A DNA stretch of 64,000 nucleotides from Candidatus Sulfotelmatobacter sp. (GTDB lineage: Bacteria; Acidobacteriota; Terriglobia; Terriglobales; Acidobacteriaceae). The translations under genes were made by a program, and so were the position numbers. The stretch covers positions 12,731 to 76,730 of the forward strand of contig JBEKWW010000030.1 in NCBI GenBank assembly GCA_049512655.1, read 5' to 3'. This document shows, piece by piece, positions 36,188-45,264 of this stretch (positions are counted from its first letter, which is position 1; each line of letters starts with the position of its first letter). Below the pieces are notes generated by a model. That model made no database searches. It was not told the DNA's origin and was given only the letters and a program-made list of their open reading frames with translations.

Positions 36188-36219
36188 AAGCCCCGCTCGT
36201 GAGAGCGGGGCTTTTCTTT
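36188..36219 (+). terminator. Rho-independent terminator of groESL
   Basis: AAGCCCCGCTC-gtga-GAGCGGGGCTT followed by TTCTTTC. Confidence 0.75.
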
Positions 36220-36248
36220 CCGTCGTGCTTCATCCGAGGAGAAGAGTT

Positions 36249-36277
36249 CGGGAAGGGCACGGCTTTAGTCGTGCCGC
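36249..36277. repeat. REP-like palindromic element, copy 1
   Basis: CGGGAAGGGCACGGCTTTAGTCGTGCCGC. This is the near-exact reverse complement of 36538-36567 (one substitution and one loop indel), with an internal hairpin GGCACGGC/GTCGTGCC. Confidence 0.6.
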
Positions 36278-36301
36278 TAAGGCGTTTTACGTTACGCGGC
36301 T

Positions 36302-36505
36302 TTAGCCGCTGAGGGCCAAGCTATCTAGTTTGAAGCCAGGATAGGCCGAGCAATAGCGAGAATTCGACGCACACTCGACTAGCCCGCGCTTCACTGGGTT
36401 CTGGTGTACATACTCTCGATGCGTTTCGAAATCCGCAGTATCGCGGATGCGATGATCGGTGAATCCTCGTTGCCATACTTCTCCCTTTCGACCCTCCACT
36501 CCCAA
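36302..36505 (-). pseudogene. C-terminal remnant of a REP-associated tyrosine transposase (RAYT, IS200/IS605 TnpA-like)
   Basis: VWQRGFTDHRIRDTADFETHREYVHQNPVKRGLV resembles the C-terminal third of RAYT proteins (WQRGF.DH.IRD....I..YI..NPV..GLV). The HUH and catalytic Tyr region is absent, and there is only a TTG start. Confidence 0.6.
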
Positions 36506-36537
36506 AGCAGCTGAAGCCGTTATCCGGCCAGTTTAAT

Positions 36538-36567
36538 GCGGCACGACTGAAAGTCGTGCCCTTCCCG
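36538..36567. repeat. REP-like palindromic element, copy 2 (inverted relative to copy 1)
   Basis: GCGGCACGACTGAAAGTCGTGCCCTTCCCG with the perfect hairpin GGCACGAC-tgaaa-GTCGTGCC. Confidence 0.6.
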
Positions 36568-36828
36568 ATCTAATTGTCTCTAAAGGTGTGCCGATCCAGG
36601 AGAAAACCCTGTGGTCGCCGGAACCACAGCTAGGGAAGCTGAAATTCTTTGCCTAATGTAGCCGGAAGTTTGCGCAAAATAGGGAGATTACAACAACCGC
36701 AGGGCTAGTTTTCTCAACTAACCCTTTGTGTCTGCAACTGGCCGCCTTGGCAGGCCAAATGCTGGTTAGAGTGAAGTGGTAAGCCAGAATGGGCATGTTT
36801 GCCGGTATTTGATCGTTCGAGGTAGATC

Positions 36829-37476
36829 GTGGCGAAGCGCTCTATCGAGATCGTTTTGGTGGTATTGACGACGATTTACCCCGCGCTGTGCCAGAGCGGC
36901 GATCAATCCCTTCCCGACTGTCCTTCGGCGCAGGTTGCGAGACAGATGCCAAAATGGTCTGGAGTCAATTCCTTGGCATCTATCGCCCCGGAAAGAAATG
37001 CCTCCCTGGTGCGCATTTTCCAGATCCCTAATTCCGACCAAACTCAAGAAGAGATCAGCCGGATGCGCAAATGGTTTTACCCAGCAGGGGTTAAGCGGTC
37101 GATTGCGAACTCCCCATCGGATGCCGACGATTTGCTGGGACGGGCCGCCCGAGCGGCATCTCAAACCATTCTAACAAGAGACGATTCAGGAAGAAGCCGG
37201 CTGAACACCGCCTATCTGCTGCGGACGCTGACTTCTGTCGCTGCGGATAGTGCGGCGAAGCCCTACTGGAGGCGGTCTCCTACCGATCCTGCCGGTAACT
37301 TCGGCTCCGCTGTCGGTAACGATGCGGGAACGAATCTTTGGCACGAGTTTGGGCCGGGTATCGAGCATGCGATGAAGAGTTATACGCCGAAATTCCTGAC
37401 CCGCATCGTGGAACGCTCGGGGGCGTCGAATGCTGGAAACAGAGATGCCGGAATCCCGTCGCAAATGCCGCGTTGA
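36829..37476 (+). CDS. Hypothetical secreted protein (uncertain)
   Basis: 215-codon ORF with a GTG start and signal-like IEIVLVVLTTIYPALCQS. No family recognised. Confidence 0.4.
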   Translation: MAKRSIEIVLVVLTTIYPALCQSGDQSLPDCPSAQVARQMPKWSGVNSLASIAPERNASLVRIFQIPNSDQTQEEISRMRKWFYPAGVKRSIANSPSDADDLLGRAARAASQTILTRDDSGRSRLNTAYLLRTLTSVAADSAAKPYWRRSPTDPAGNFGSAVGNDAGTNLWHEFGPGIEHAMKSYTPKFLTRIVERSGASNAGNRDAGIPSQMPR

Positions 37477-37528
37477 TCGCTGGCGGATAAATCCGATGCC
37501 GGCAATCATACCGACTTTAATCCATTAG

Positions 37529-38506
37529 CTATTCGCTTCGACTGTCTCGCTTGTAAGAGCGAGGCTTTTTTGTGCTTCCTGAACGGAGAACCGCGCCAGA
37601 TGCGATGGAGGTCAAAATCAATTCGGCGGGCTGGCGTGCGCTGGCCAAGTGGGCGGATATGGCTTTCCGGGCTTGCCGGGCAGACGACTTGGGGTCCAGA
37701 AAAATCACGACTGAGGGCCCCGCGCCGCTGAGGGCAACTCCGAGCACGCCGTGTTTTCCGGTTAGTTGCTGCAGGCATGGCAACAGCGGGCAGAGTTCGG
37801 CACGGTAGGGCTGGTGGATGTGATCTTCGAGCGCAGGGGCGAGCAAGTCATGGCGGCCTTGCAGAAACGCTGCGAGCAATAACATCGAGTTCTGAATGTT
37901 GGCCACTGCATCAGATCGCGAGTATTGATTGGGAAGAACGCGGCGGGCTTGTTCCGTGGGTAATACCTGGTCGGGCACGGCAAGAAGCAGCGGCCACTTC
38001 CCTTTCGGCTGGAGGCAGATGACCTGCGCGCCGGTTTTACCATCCATCCGGGCTACCGTAAGGCCGCCCATCCAGCACGCGGAAACATTATCGGAATGGT
38101 GCTCGCGGCGGGATGCCTCGGCAATAATTTCCGAATCTTTCCAGCGCAGTTTGCCGAAGTGATTGGCAAGGGCAATGCCGGCCAAACGTGCAGCGGCAGA
38201 CGAACCGCAGCCTTTGCCGATGGGAATGTTGTTTCGGATGCGTAGAGAAAGCGGCGGCACCTCGGCGCTTTGCTGTTGCAACACTTCGCGGTATGTAGTG
38301 AGGATAAGGTGGTTCTCAAGGTTTCCGCAGACTGCGGTATCGCGGCCGCTGGCTTTGATTGCGAACGTCGCCGAGGGACGGGCATCAATCTCGATATAGA
38401 GATTCATGGCCAGGGCGGCCGCGTCGAAAGCAGGACCAAGATTGGCCGAAGTCGCAGGTAGCGCCAGGTACAGAGATGCGGGCGGGGAGCTTTTCTTTTT
38501 TGGCAT
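37529..38506 (-). CDS. thrB: Homoserine kinase
   Basis: GHMP kinase motifs PATSANLGPAFD and PIGKGCGSSAAA. It lies immediately downstream of thrC. Confidence 0.9.
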   Translation of the reverse strand: MPKKKSSPPASLYLALPATSANLGPAFDAAALAMNLYIEIDARPSATFAIKASGRDTAVCGNLENHLILTTYREVLQQQSAEVPPLSLRIRNNIPIGKGCGSSAAARLAGIALANHFGKLRWKDSEIIAEASRREHHSDNVSACWMGGLTVARMDGKTGAQVICLQPKGKWPLLLAVPDQVLPTEQARRVLPNQYSRSDAVANIQNSMLLLAAFLQGRHDLLAPALEDHIHQPYRAELCPLLPCLQQLTGKHGVLGVALSGAGPSVVIFLDPKSSARQARKAISAHLASARQPAELILTSIASGAVLRSGSTKKPRSYKRDSRSE

Positions 38507-38550
38507 GATCTTGCTAGGCCTTGATCTTGCAGGTATCAGCTTGCGTTGTG

Positions 38551-39948
38551 TCAGATTTTTTCAGCCTGCTCCAGGGTTCCGACTACGGCGTCCAACGTGG
38601 CATCCAGAACAATAGGCGGATGGCGTAATTTCGCGAGAGAAGCGGATTGCAGGGTATTCAGCTCTTCAGACGGAAGCTCGCCTTTGTGGAATTCCATGGT
38701 GAAGTCTGGATCTTTCAGCAGGTTTCCGGTAAGAATCAGGACAACCCTCTCTTCGCGCTGCACAAAGCCTTGCCTTACGAATTTTTTTAAGCCCGCGAGC
38801 GTGACGGCGGAAGCGGGTTCGCATCCAATGCCTTCGGCGCCGATCTCGGCCTTGGCTTGCGCGATTTCGAATTCGCTGACTTCTTCGCAAGTGCCACCCG
38901 TGGCGCGAATCACCTTCACGGCCTTTTCCCACGACGCGGGATTTCCGATGCGGATGGCCGTAGCTCGGGTTTCGGGCTGGACCTTGATCAGACGCTTGCC
39001 GTCAGTTTCCCGCACAGTGCGGACCAAGGCATTGGCCCCCTCGGCCTGAATTACCGACAGCTTTGGAAGACTTGAAATCAATCCGATTTCCCGCATTTCC
39101 AGCAAAGCCTTGCCGATCGCGGAGCTATTTCCAAGATTGCCTCCGGGGACGATGATGTGGTCCGGCGGCTGCCAGTCCAACTGTTCGAGCAGTTCGATCG
39201 CCTGTGTTTTCTGGCCTTCCAGGCGAAAAGGATTGATTGAGTTCAGTTGATAGACCGGAGCGCGCTTCACCAGTTGCTGCAACAATTGCAGGCAACCGTC
39301 GAAATCGGTGCGGAGCTGGCAGGTCAGGGCGCCATAATCTAAAGCTTGGGAAAGCTTGCTCCAGGAAATTTTCCCTTCCGGCACCAGCACCAGGCTGCGC
39401 ATTCCGGCGCGTGCAGCGTAAGCTGCCATCGATGCCGAAGTGTTTCCGGTGGACGCACAGGCTACCCAGTTGCATCCGGCCTGGCGCGCAAAAGTTGCGG
39501 CCACGGTCATGCCAGTGTCTTTGAACGATCCGGTGGGATTCAGTCCCTGATGTTTGGCGAAGAGGCGAGGAACACCGGTGAGCCGCGCGCATCGCGGCAA
39601 TTCGTATAGAGGGGTATTGCCCTCGCGGAGGGTGACGACGTGATGTGCTAGTGCGGGGTTCGGCAGGAGTTCGCGGTATCGCCACACTCCGCTTAAGTCG
39701 AGCGCCTCGTTTGAAGAACGCCGTGCGCGCCAGGTAGATTTCAAAATATCCGCTTTCACGGCAGATGAGGTCCATGCAGGGCTGGTGATTTCGAGCAAAT
39801 TTCCGCAGTGCGCACACCGGAAATCCTGGGCTGCCGTCGGAGCTGTTGCATCGCAACCAATGCAGCGAAACATGCAGGACGCATCCGCTGCGGCGGATTG
39901 CGATGTTTGCTGGTTCGAACCCAAGTCAGAGGCGGCAGAAAGAGGCAT
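38551..39948 (-). CDS. thrC: Threonine synthase (with N-terminal zinc-ribbon)
   Basis: CxxC...CxxC ribbon (CIGCD...CAHCG) and PLP lysine in NPTGSFKDTGMT. The exact start is uncertain; the first ~25 residues are low-complexity. Confidence 0.9.
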   Translation of the reverse strand: MPLSAASDLGSNQQTSQSAAADASCMFRCIGCDATAPTAAQDFRCAHCGNLLEITSPAWTSSAVKADILKSTWRARRSSNEALDLSGVWRYRELLPNPALAHHVVTLREGNTPLYELPRCARLTGVPRLFAKHQGLNPTGSFKDTGMTVAATFARQAGCNWVACASTGNTSASMAAYAARAGMRSLVLVPEGKISWSKLSQALDYGALTCQLRTDFDGCLQLLQQLVKRAPVYQLNSINPFRLEGQKTQAIELLEQLDWQPPDHIIVPGGNLGNSSAIGKALLEMREIGLISSLPKLSVIQAEGANALVRTVRETDGKRLIKVQPETRATAIRIGNPASWEKAVKVIRATGGTCEEVSEFEIAQAKAEIGAEGIGCEPASAVTLAGLKKFVRQGFVQREERVVLILTGNLLKDPDFTMEFHKGELPSEELNTLQSASLAKLRHPPIVLDATLDAVVGTLEQAEKI

Positions 39949-39959
39949 GGCTTCTCGGG

Positions 39960-40439
39960 TTACTTCTCATTCCGAAGATATTGATCGGTGCGGTTGATCC
40001 AATCGGCGCGAGGAGGGGTGAAGACGTCGAGGTCAACTGTATCTTCGAGCGCCTCGGCTTTGTGCGGCATGTGGGCCGGAATACAAAGTACTTCGCCGGC
40101 GTGCACCACGATCTCCTTGCCATCGATCCAGAATTTCAGGGCGCCATCCAGAATGTAGGTGACCTGCTCGTTGTAATGGCTGTGCTCGGGAACGATACAG
40201 CCTTTTTTGAGCAACACCCGTGCCAGCATAATTTCCTGGCCGACTACGAATTGGCGCTGCAAGAGTGGGTTCAACTCCTCCAGAGGAATGGTGTGCCAGG
40301 GAACGTACTGCAGGGAAACTTTAGTGGCCGCGGGTTGGGCGATGATGCGCTTGACACGCGGACGAGCTTTCGTAGTTTTCGCTTTGCCGGCCGTCTTTTT
40401 GCCAACTGCTGACTTTTTCGTCTTTATTTTGTTTGCCAT
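39960..40439 (-). CDS. Cupin domain protein with a Lys-rich N-terminal tail
   Basis: Cupin motifs PEHSHYNEQVTYILDG and HAGEVLCIPAHMPH. The N-terminus is MANKIKTKKSAVGKKTAGKAKTTKARPRVKR. Confidence 0.8.
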   Translation of the reverse strand: MANKIKTKKSAVGKKTAGKAKTTKARPRVKRIIAQPAATKVSLQYVPWHTIPLEELNPLLQRQFVVGQEIMLARVLLKKGCIVPEHSHYNEQVTYILDGALKFWIDGKEIVVHAGEVLCIPAHMPHKAEALEDTVDLDVFTPPRADWINRTDQYLRNEK

Positions 40440-40441
40440 GG

Positions 40442-41788
40442 TTAGTGGACTCTACCTTCGTATAGCCTTACGGCAGTGTCGTGCAAATAAGCGCGAGCCA
40501 ATTCCAGCGCGTGAGCTTCGGTGATTTCATTCTCTGAAATCATCTCGGCCAAGGCAGCAGCCAGCGCGGTGCGCGCTGACATCGCGCCAAGCCAGTAGCT
40601 CTCTTCTGCGCCCAGCACTTCATTGTAAGGGAAAGCGTCCGTACCGAAAGTGATCTTATCGGGGAAAGTTTCCAACCACATCTTTAAAATGTCTTTAAAC
40701 GCAGATGGATATTGCACCAGCTCTTCGAAAGAGGAATCGAGATATACATTCTTCGCAGCAGTAAGCCAAATGGCCTCTCGTTCCAGTGGATAACCGCCGT
40801 GAAGCATCACGAAGGTTGTGCTGCGATAGCGTGGATCGCGCAGTACGCTTTCAAAATTCATAATGTTGCTTTGTGACAGATTAAAGTAATCGCCGATTCC
40901 AACCGCCGAATGAATGTGCACGGGAAGATGCAGGCGGCCACCTTCCGTAATGAGGTAACGGAAAATATAGTCCTGGAACGTGCGGTAATCCTTTTCGCTG
41001 GGAATGCCGCCGGTAATATAGCGCGCATAAAGATCGGCGGCTTGATCGTGCGTGGGATCTCCGAAGCTGGTCGGACGAAAATAGGCGACTTCAAACTTAA
41101 TGGCGATGCCGCCTTTGTTGCGATTGTCTTCCAGCACCTGGCTGATGAATTTCAGATAGCCGTCAAAATCAGGCGGAAGCTTTGAGACATTTTCTTGTTG
41201 CATCCAACGGTGCAGCATTTTTTCCTGCAGCGGAATGTAGACTCCGTCATCGGAATTGCGCGCAGTCTCACGCTGGTTGTTGAAGGGCCACATAAAAGAA
41301 TCAACAAAAAAGACCCAGGGGAAGCGCTTGGCATCGAGGTAATCCGGCATCATGGCGCGATTCGCAGCAGAACTCTCAGTGTTGATCTTGTCGAGAATCA
41401 TGTCGAAGTACGCGGTGCCGGGATATTGCTTTCTTAACTCCGTTTTCTTGGCAACCAGCCATTTGGCATGTTCCGGTGACAGATCGGCATAGGGATATCC
41501 GAACAGAGCTTTCGCTGCGACGATGAGTTCAGGATTGTCGTCGCGCGTGCGTACCGCCTCGCTGAACTCGGGCGGGGCGGCCATGGCGTCGACATCAGGA
41601 TCATCGGCGAAACCAGGGTGAGCGTGGTGATCAAAGGCAGGAATCTTTTCGATCTGGGGAAGAAGGCGCTGGTAAATCTGTTGTACGTCGGGACCGGGCA
41701 GGGGACGGGCTTGGGCCGCAACGAAAATTGCCGACCCAGCGATGAGAGACAGCAACAAAACAAGGAATGTTTGATGTGTAAGTCTCAT
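40442..41788 (-). CDS. Secreted amidohydrolase-family (TIM-barrel metal-dependent hydrolase) protein
   Basis: Signal peptide MRLTHQTFLVLLLSLIAGSAIFVAAQA. Metal-ligand-like FDHHAHP near the N-terminus, LPVHIHS, MLHGGYP and FGTDAFP. Confidence 0.75.
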   Translation of the reverse strand: MRLTHQTFLVLLLSLIAGSAIFVAAQARPLPGPDVQQIYQRLLPQIEKIPAFDHHAHPGFADDPDVDAMAAPPEFSEAVRTRDDNPELIVAAKALFGYPYADLSPEHAKWLVAKKTELRKQYPGTAYFDMILDKINTESSAANRAMMPDYLDAKRFPWVFFVDSFMWPFNNQRETARNSDDGVYIPLQEKMLHRWMQQENVSKLPPDFDGYLKFISQVLEDNRNKGGIAIKFEVAYFRPTSFGDPTHDQAADLYARYITGGIPSEKDYRTFQDYIFRYLITEGGRLHLPVHIHSAVGIGDYFNLSQSNIMNFESVLRDPRYRSTTFVMLHGGYPLEREAIWLTAAKNVYLDSSFEELVQYPSAFKDILKMWLETFPDKITFGTDAFPYNEVLGAEESYWLGAMSARTALAAALAEMISENEITEAHALELARAYLHDTAVRLYEGRVH

Positions 41789-41871
41789 ATATGTCCTCAG
41801 AAGCTAAAGCTTTAAAAAAGAATTGGCATCATCGCAGCTGAAGAGCTGCGTCACCCGGTGAGACGAAGGTG

Positions 41872-43059
41872 TTATTTCTCCACCAGACTTCCCTGCCAGG
41901 CCGCCGAGACTTTCATAATGCGGGTTGCAGCCTCACGCAGATTTGCGACCGATGAAGCGAAGGAGAAGCGCACGAAATCCTTGCCCGTGGGGCCGAAAGC
42001 GGCGCCGGGGATGGCGGCAACGCCGGCATCATCGAGAAGAATGCGGCATATCTCTTCAGCGCTGGCGCCGGTGCCGCGGATGTCGACCCAGGCGTAGAAC
42101 GCGCCTTCAGGCGGCTGGCAGAGAAATCCGGGGATCTGGTTCAGATCACGAACAAACTGCTCGCGGCGGCGGGCAAACTCCGCAACCATGCGCGGGGTGT
42201 TCTCTTCGCGATCGCGTAGGGCATCGATGGCGGCATACTGGGCAAACTCGGCGACGCAGGTGTAACTATTAACGGCCATCAGGGCGAGCGCGGGAATCAC
42301 TTCGGGCGGCGCAACTGTATAGCCCAGGCGCCATCCCGTCATCGCGAAACTTTTTGAAAAGCCGTCGATAATCAGGGTTCGTTCTTGCATGCCGGCATAT
42401 CTGAGCATGGAAAGATATTCGCCGCCGTAATTGATGCGCGCGTAAATCTCATCCGACAAAACCCAAAGATCATGTTTCACGGAAAGTTCCGCAAGACCGC
42501 GCTGAACGGCATCCGTATATACCGTGCCGGTGGGATTGCCCGGAGAGTTGGTAATGAGCATGCGCGTGCGTCGGGTAATCTTCTTTTCGATCTCCGAAAG
42601 ATCCGGCTGGAACTGATTACGAGAGGAAAGTTCGAAAGGAACTGGGACCGCGCCCAGACCGAGCGTGATGGAAGGATAGCCGGGAAAGCCAGGATCGGGA
42701 TATAGAACTTCATCCCCGGGTTCGAGAAGCGCCATCATGGCGAAGAATAGAGCGGCTTTGCAGCCGGGCGCCATCACAATGTTGGCTGGAGAAACATCGA
42801 TGTTGCGCGTGCGCTGTAGATATGCGGCGATTTCGTCGCGCAGCGCGGGAAGCCCAGTGACGGGGCAGTAACGATCTTTACCTTCCGCGAGAGCCTTGGC
42901 GGCAGACTCGATCACGGAAGCACCGGGATGAAAATCTGGCTCGCCCAGCTCGAGATGGATAATGGAGCGGCCCTGGCTTTCCAGTTCTTTGGCGTGAGCG
43001 AAGACTGCCAAGGCTCCTTCGCCGCTCATAACCGACATACGGGATGCTATCGATCGCAT
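41872..43059 (-). CDS. PLP-dependent aminotransferase, class I/II (aspartate aminotransferase-like)
   Basis: NSPGNPTG, and FSKSFAMTGWRLGY with the PLP lysine. Confidence 0.9.
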   Translation of the reverse strand: MRSIASRMSVMSGEGALAVFAHAKELESQGRSIIHLELGEPDFHPGASVIESAAKALAEGKDRYCPVTGLPALRDEIAAYLQRTRNIDVSPANIVMAPGCKAALFFAMMALLEPGDEVLYPDPGFPGYPSITLGLGAVPVPFELSSRNQFQPDLSEIEKKITRRTRMLITNSPGNPTGTVYTDAVQRGLAELSVKHDLWVLSDEIYARINYGGEYLSMLRYAGMQERTLIIDGFSKSFAMTGWRLGYTVAPPEVIPALALMAVNSYTCVAEFAQYAAIDALRDREENTPRMVAEFARRREQFVRDLNQIPGFLCQPPEGAFYAWVDIRGTGASAEEICRILLDDAGVAAIPGAAFGPTGKDFVRFSFASSVANLREAATRIMKVSAAWQGSLVEK

Positions 43060-43074
43060 TTACTCTCCAAAAAT

Positions 43075-43863
43075 CTATAAACCTTTATACATGCCGCCAT
43101 CCACTAGGACGGTTTGTCCTGTGATATAGGACGCCCGCTCTGAGGCGAGCCAGACAATAGTCTCCGCCACTTCGCGTGGTTCGCCCAGGCGTTTGAGCGG
43201 AGCATCCGCCGCCCAGCTGTCAAACATTTCCTGCTCGGTTTTTCCGGAAGCAGACGAGCGAGCCACGGCCAATTCTTTTAAGCGATCCGTTGCGGTAAAA
43301 CCAGGGCCAACGTTGTTGACCAGAATTCCGTCCTTGCCGAATTCATTTGCCAGGCTCTTGACCAGGCCAACTACTGCGGCGCGTACAGCATTCGAGAGAA
43401 CCAGATCCGCGACCGGCTGCTTGGTGGTAATCGAGGTCAGCGTAATGATTCGTCCCCATTTCTTTCGCTGCATGTGAGGAATGACCTCGCGAGCGAAATA
43501 GACGGTGCTAAGGAAATTCAGATCAAGGGCGCGCCGCCATTCTTCCAGACTGGCGGCGAGAAATCCCTTGGCGGGTGGTCCGCCGGCATTCGTGACACAA
43601 ATATCGACGCCGCCGAACTCTTGCGCGACTGCGGCGACGAAACGGTTGACAGCAACCGCATCGGTCACGTCGAAGGCTTGGGCAAGGACCTCAACTTTAT
43701 ACTGCGCTCTAATCTTGTCCGCAGCGGCTTGCAAGGTCTGTGGATTGCGGGCGCACATGGCCACGCGGCAACCTTCCGCCGCAAAAGCTTCCGCCGTAGC
43801 ACGGCCAATTCCCTGACTGGAGGCGGCAACCAGCGCGACACGATCTGTCAAACCTAGATTCAT
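43075..43863 (-). CDS. SDR family oxidoreductase (3-oxoacyl-ACP reductase-like)
   Basis: Start at ATG 43863 (MNLGLTDRVALVAASSQGIGRA carries a TGxxxGIG-type NAD(P) motif). Also NNVGPG and YITGQTVLVDGG. Confidence 0.9.
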   Translation of the reverse strand: MNLGLTDRVALVAASSQGIGRATAEAFAAEGCRVAMCARNPQTLQAAADKIRAQYKVEVLAQAFDVTDAVAVNRFVAAVAQEFGGVDICVTNAGGPPAKGFLAASLEEWRRALDLNFLSTVYFAREVIPHMQRKKWGRIITLTSITTKQPVADLVLSNAVRAAVVGLVKSLANEFGKDGILVNNVGPGFTATDRLKELAVARSSASGKTEQEMFDSWAADAPLKRLGEPREVAETIVWLASERASYITGQTVLVDGGMYKGL

Positions 43864-43968
43864 GAATGAAAGATTAATAGCTAGAGCAGGAATTATAAAT
43901 GGTGCACAGCGAATACTGCACTTGCTGGAGATGTTCCCCGCAATTAGTCTGTGTGCAGCGAGGCGACA

Positions 43969-45180
43969 ATGAAGAAGCAGTCTCAACACCCGGAAACCGC
44001 AGCGGTGCGCGGCGCCGCAAATCTGGATAAAAAGAACGGGCCGGTTGCCATGCCCATCTATCAGACTTCTACTTTCGAAGTCACTGATAATGACGAGCAA
44101 CTGCGGACGACCGGCAGCGACCGCTATTACACCCGGTACGGCAATCCAACGAACACAGCGGTGGAAAAGACCGTTGCGGCGCTGGAGGGCGTGGATGCGG
44201 CTCTGACCTTCGCCTCGGGCATGGGTGCGGTTACGACTACGCTGATGGCTCTGCTCAAAAGCGGAGACCATATTGTGGCGCAGCGCGACATCTACGGCGG
44301 CGTGAACAAGTTTCTCTCGCAATGGCTGCCGAAGATGGGCATTGAAACCACATTTGTGGATACCACCCATTATGAGCAGCATGCGCGGGCGATTCGTCCC
44401 AACACCAAGTTGCTCTATCTCGAATCGCCGACGAATCCTACCTTGCGCGTAGTCGACTTCCGAAAAGTGGCTGCAATCGCGCGGGAGCACAAGCTGATCA
44501 GCATGATCGACTCGACGTTCGGAACGCCGATCAACCAGCGGCCAGCGGAGTCTGGCATTGACTTAATCATGCACTCGGGCACCAAGTATCTAGCGGGGCA
44601 CACGGATCTGATTTGCGGAGTGATTGCAGGTCGCCAGGAGTTGATCGATCTTATACTGCAAACGCGGACCACGCTGGGAAACTGCATGGACCCGCATGCT
44701 TCATGGACTCTGCTGCGCGGGCTGAAGACGCTGGCGGTTCGTGTAGCGCGTCAGAATGAGAATGCGCAGCGCGTCGCGGAATTTCTGCTGGAGCACGCCA
44801 AAGTGCGAAGTGTGCATTATCCGTTCCTGAAAAATCATCCGCAGCACGCCTTAGCGAGGGAGCAGATGAGTGGCGGCGGAGGCATGGTCACTTTTGAAGT
44901 GGAGGGTTCCGGCGAAGATGCTCGCCGCGTCACCGAAGCGATGAGGCTGTTCACACTTGCGCCGAGCCTGGGCGGAGTGGAATCTCTGGTCTCGATTCCA
45001 GTGCTTACTTCGCATCTCACGGTCCCAGCCGAGGAACGTCGCAGAATGGGCATCACCGAACAGATGATCCGTCTGTCGGTAGGAATTGAAAATGCAGACG
45101 ATTTGATCGCTGACCTGCACCACGCACTGGAAGCGATCGGAGCGTCGGAGCATGCACAGATCAGTAGCACACTTCGCTAA
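43969..45180 (+). CDS. Cys/Met-metabolism PLP enzyme (cystathionine gamma-synthase / methionine gamma-lyase family)
   Basis: YTRYGNPT, and HSGTKYLAGHTDL with the PLP lysine, then SLGGVESL. Start taken at ATG 43969. Confidence 0.9.
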   Translation: MKKQSQHPETAAVRGAANLDKKNGPVAMPIYQTSTFEVTDNDEQLRTTGSDRYYTRYGNPTNTAVEKTVAALEGVDAALTFASGMGAVTTTLMALLKSGDHIVAQRDIYGGVNKFLSQWLPKMGIETTFVDTTHYEQHARAIRPNTKLLYLESPTNPTLRVVDFRKVAAIAREHKLISMIDSTFGTPINQRPAESGIDLIMHSGTKYLAGHTDLICGVIAGRQELIDLILQTRTTLGNCMDPHASWTLLRGLKTLAVRVARQNENAQRVAEFLLEHAKVRSVHYPFLKNHPQHALAREQMSGGGGMVTFEVEGSGEDARRVTEAMRLFTLAPSLGGVESLVSIPVLTSHLTVPAEERRRMGITEQMIRLSVGIENADDLIADLHHALEAIGASEHAQISSTLR

Positions 45181-45264
45181 ACAAGAATCCCCGGTCTCTT
45201 TCGGAGTGATTTGCTTGCCGGCCTTGTCTGCGATCCGGCGTCACCGCGTCCGGAGTGAATACGT

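Noticed and set aside
39912-39922. GGTTCGAACCC, a tRNA T-loop-like string
   Set aside because: The flanking bases do not form a T-stem or acceptor stem, and it lies inside the thrC reading frame. No tRNA could be folded by eye.
43864-43968. Possible SAM riboswitch upstream of the Cys/Met-metabolism gene
   Set aside because: The leader is only ~100 nt, is shared with a divergent promoter, and has no SAM-I/II signature strings.
43864-44490. 5' extension making the SDR ORF 471 aa
   Set aside because: The extension runs antisense through the start of the Cys/Met PLP enzyme gene. The SDR NAD-binding motif begins right after ATG 43863.
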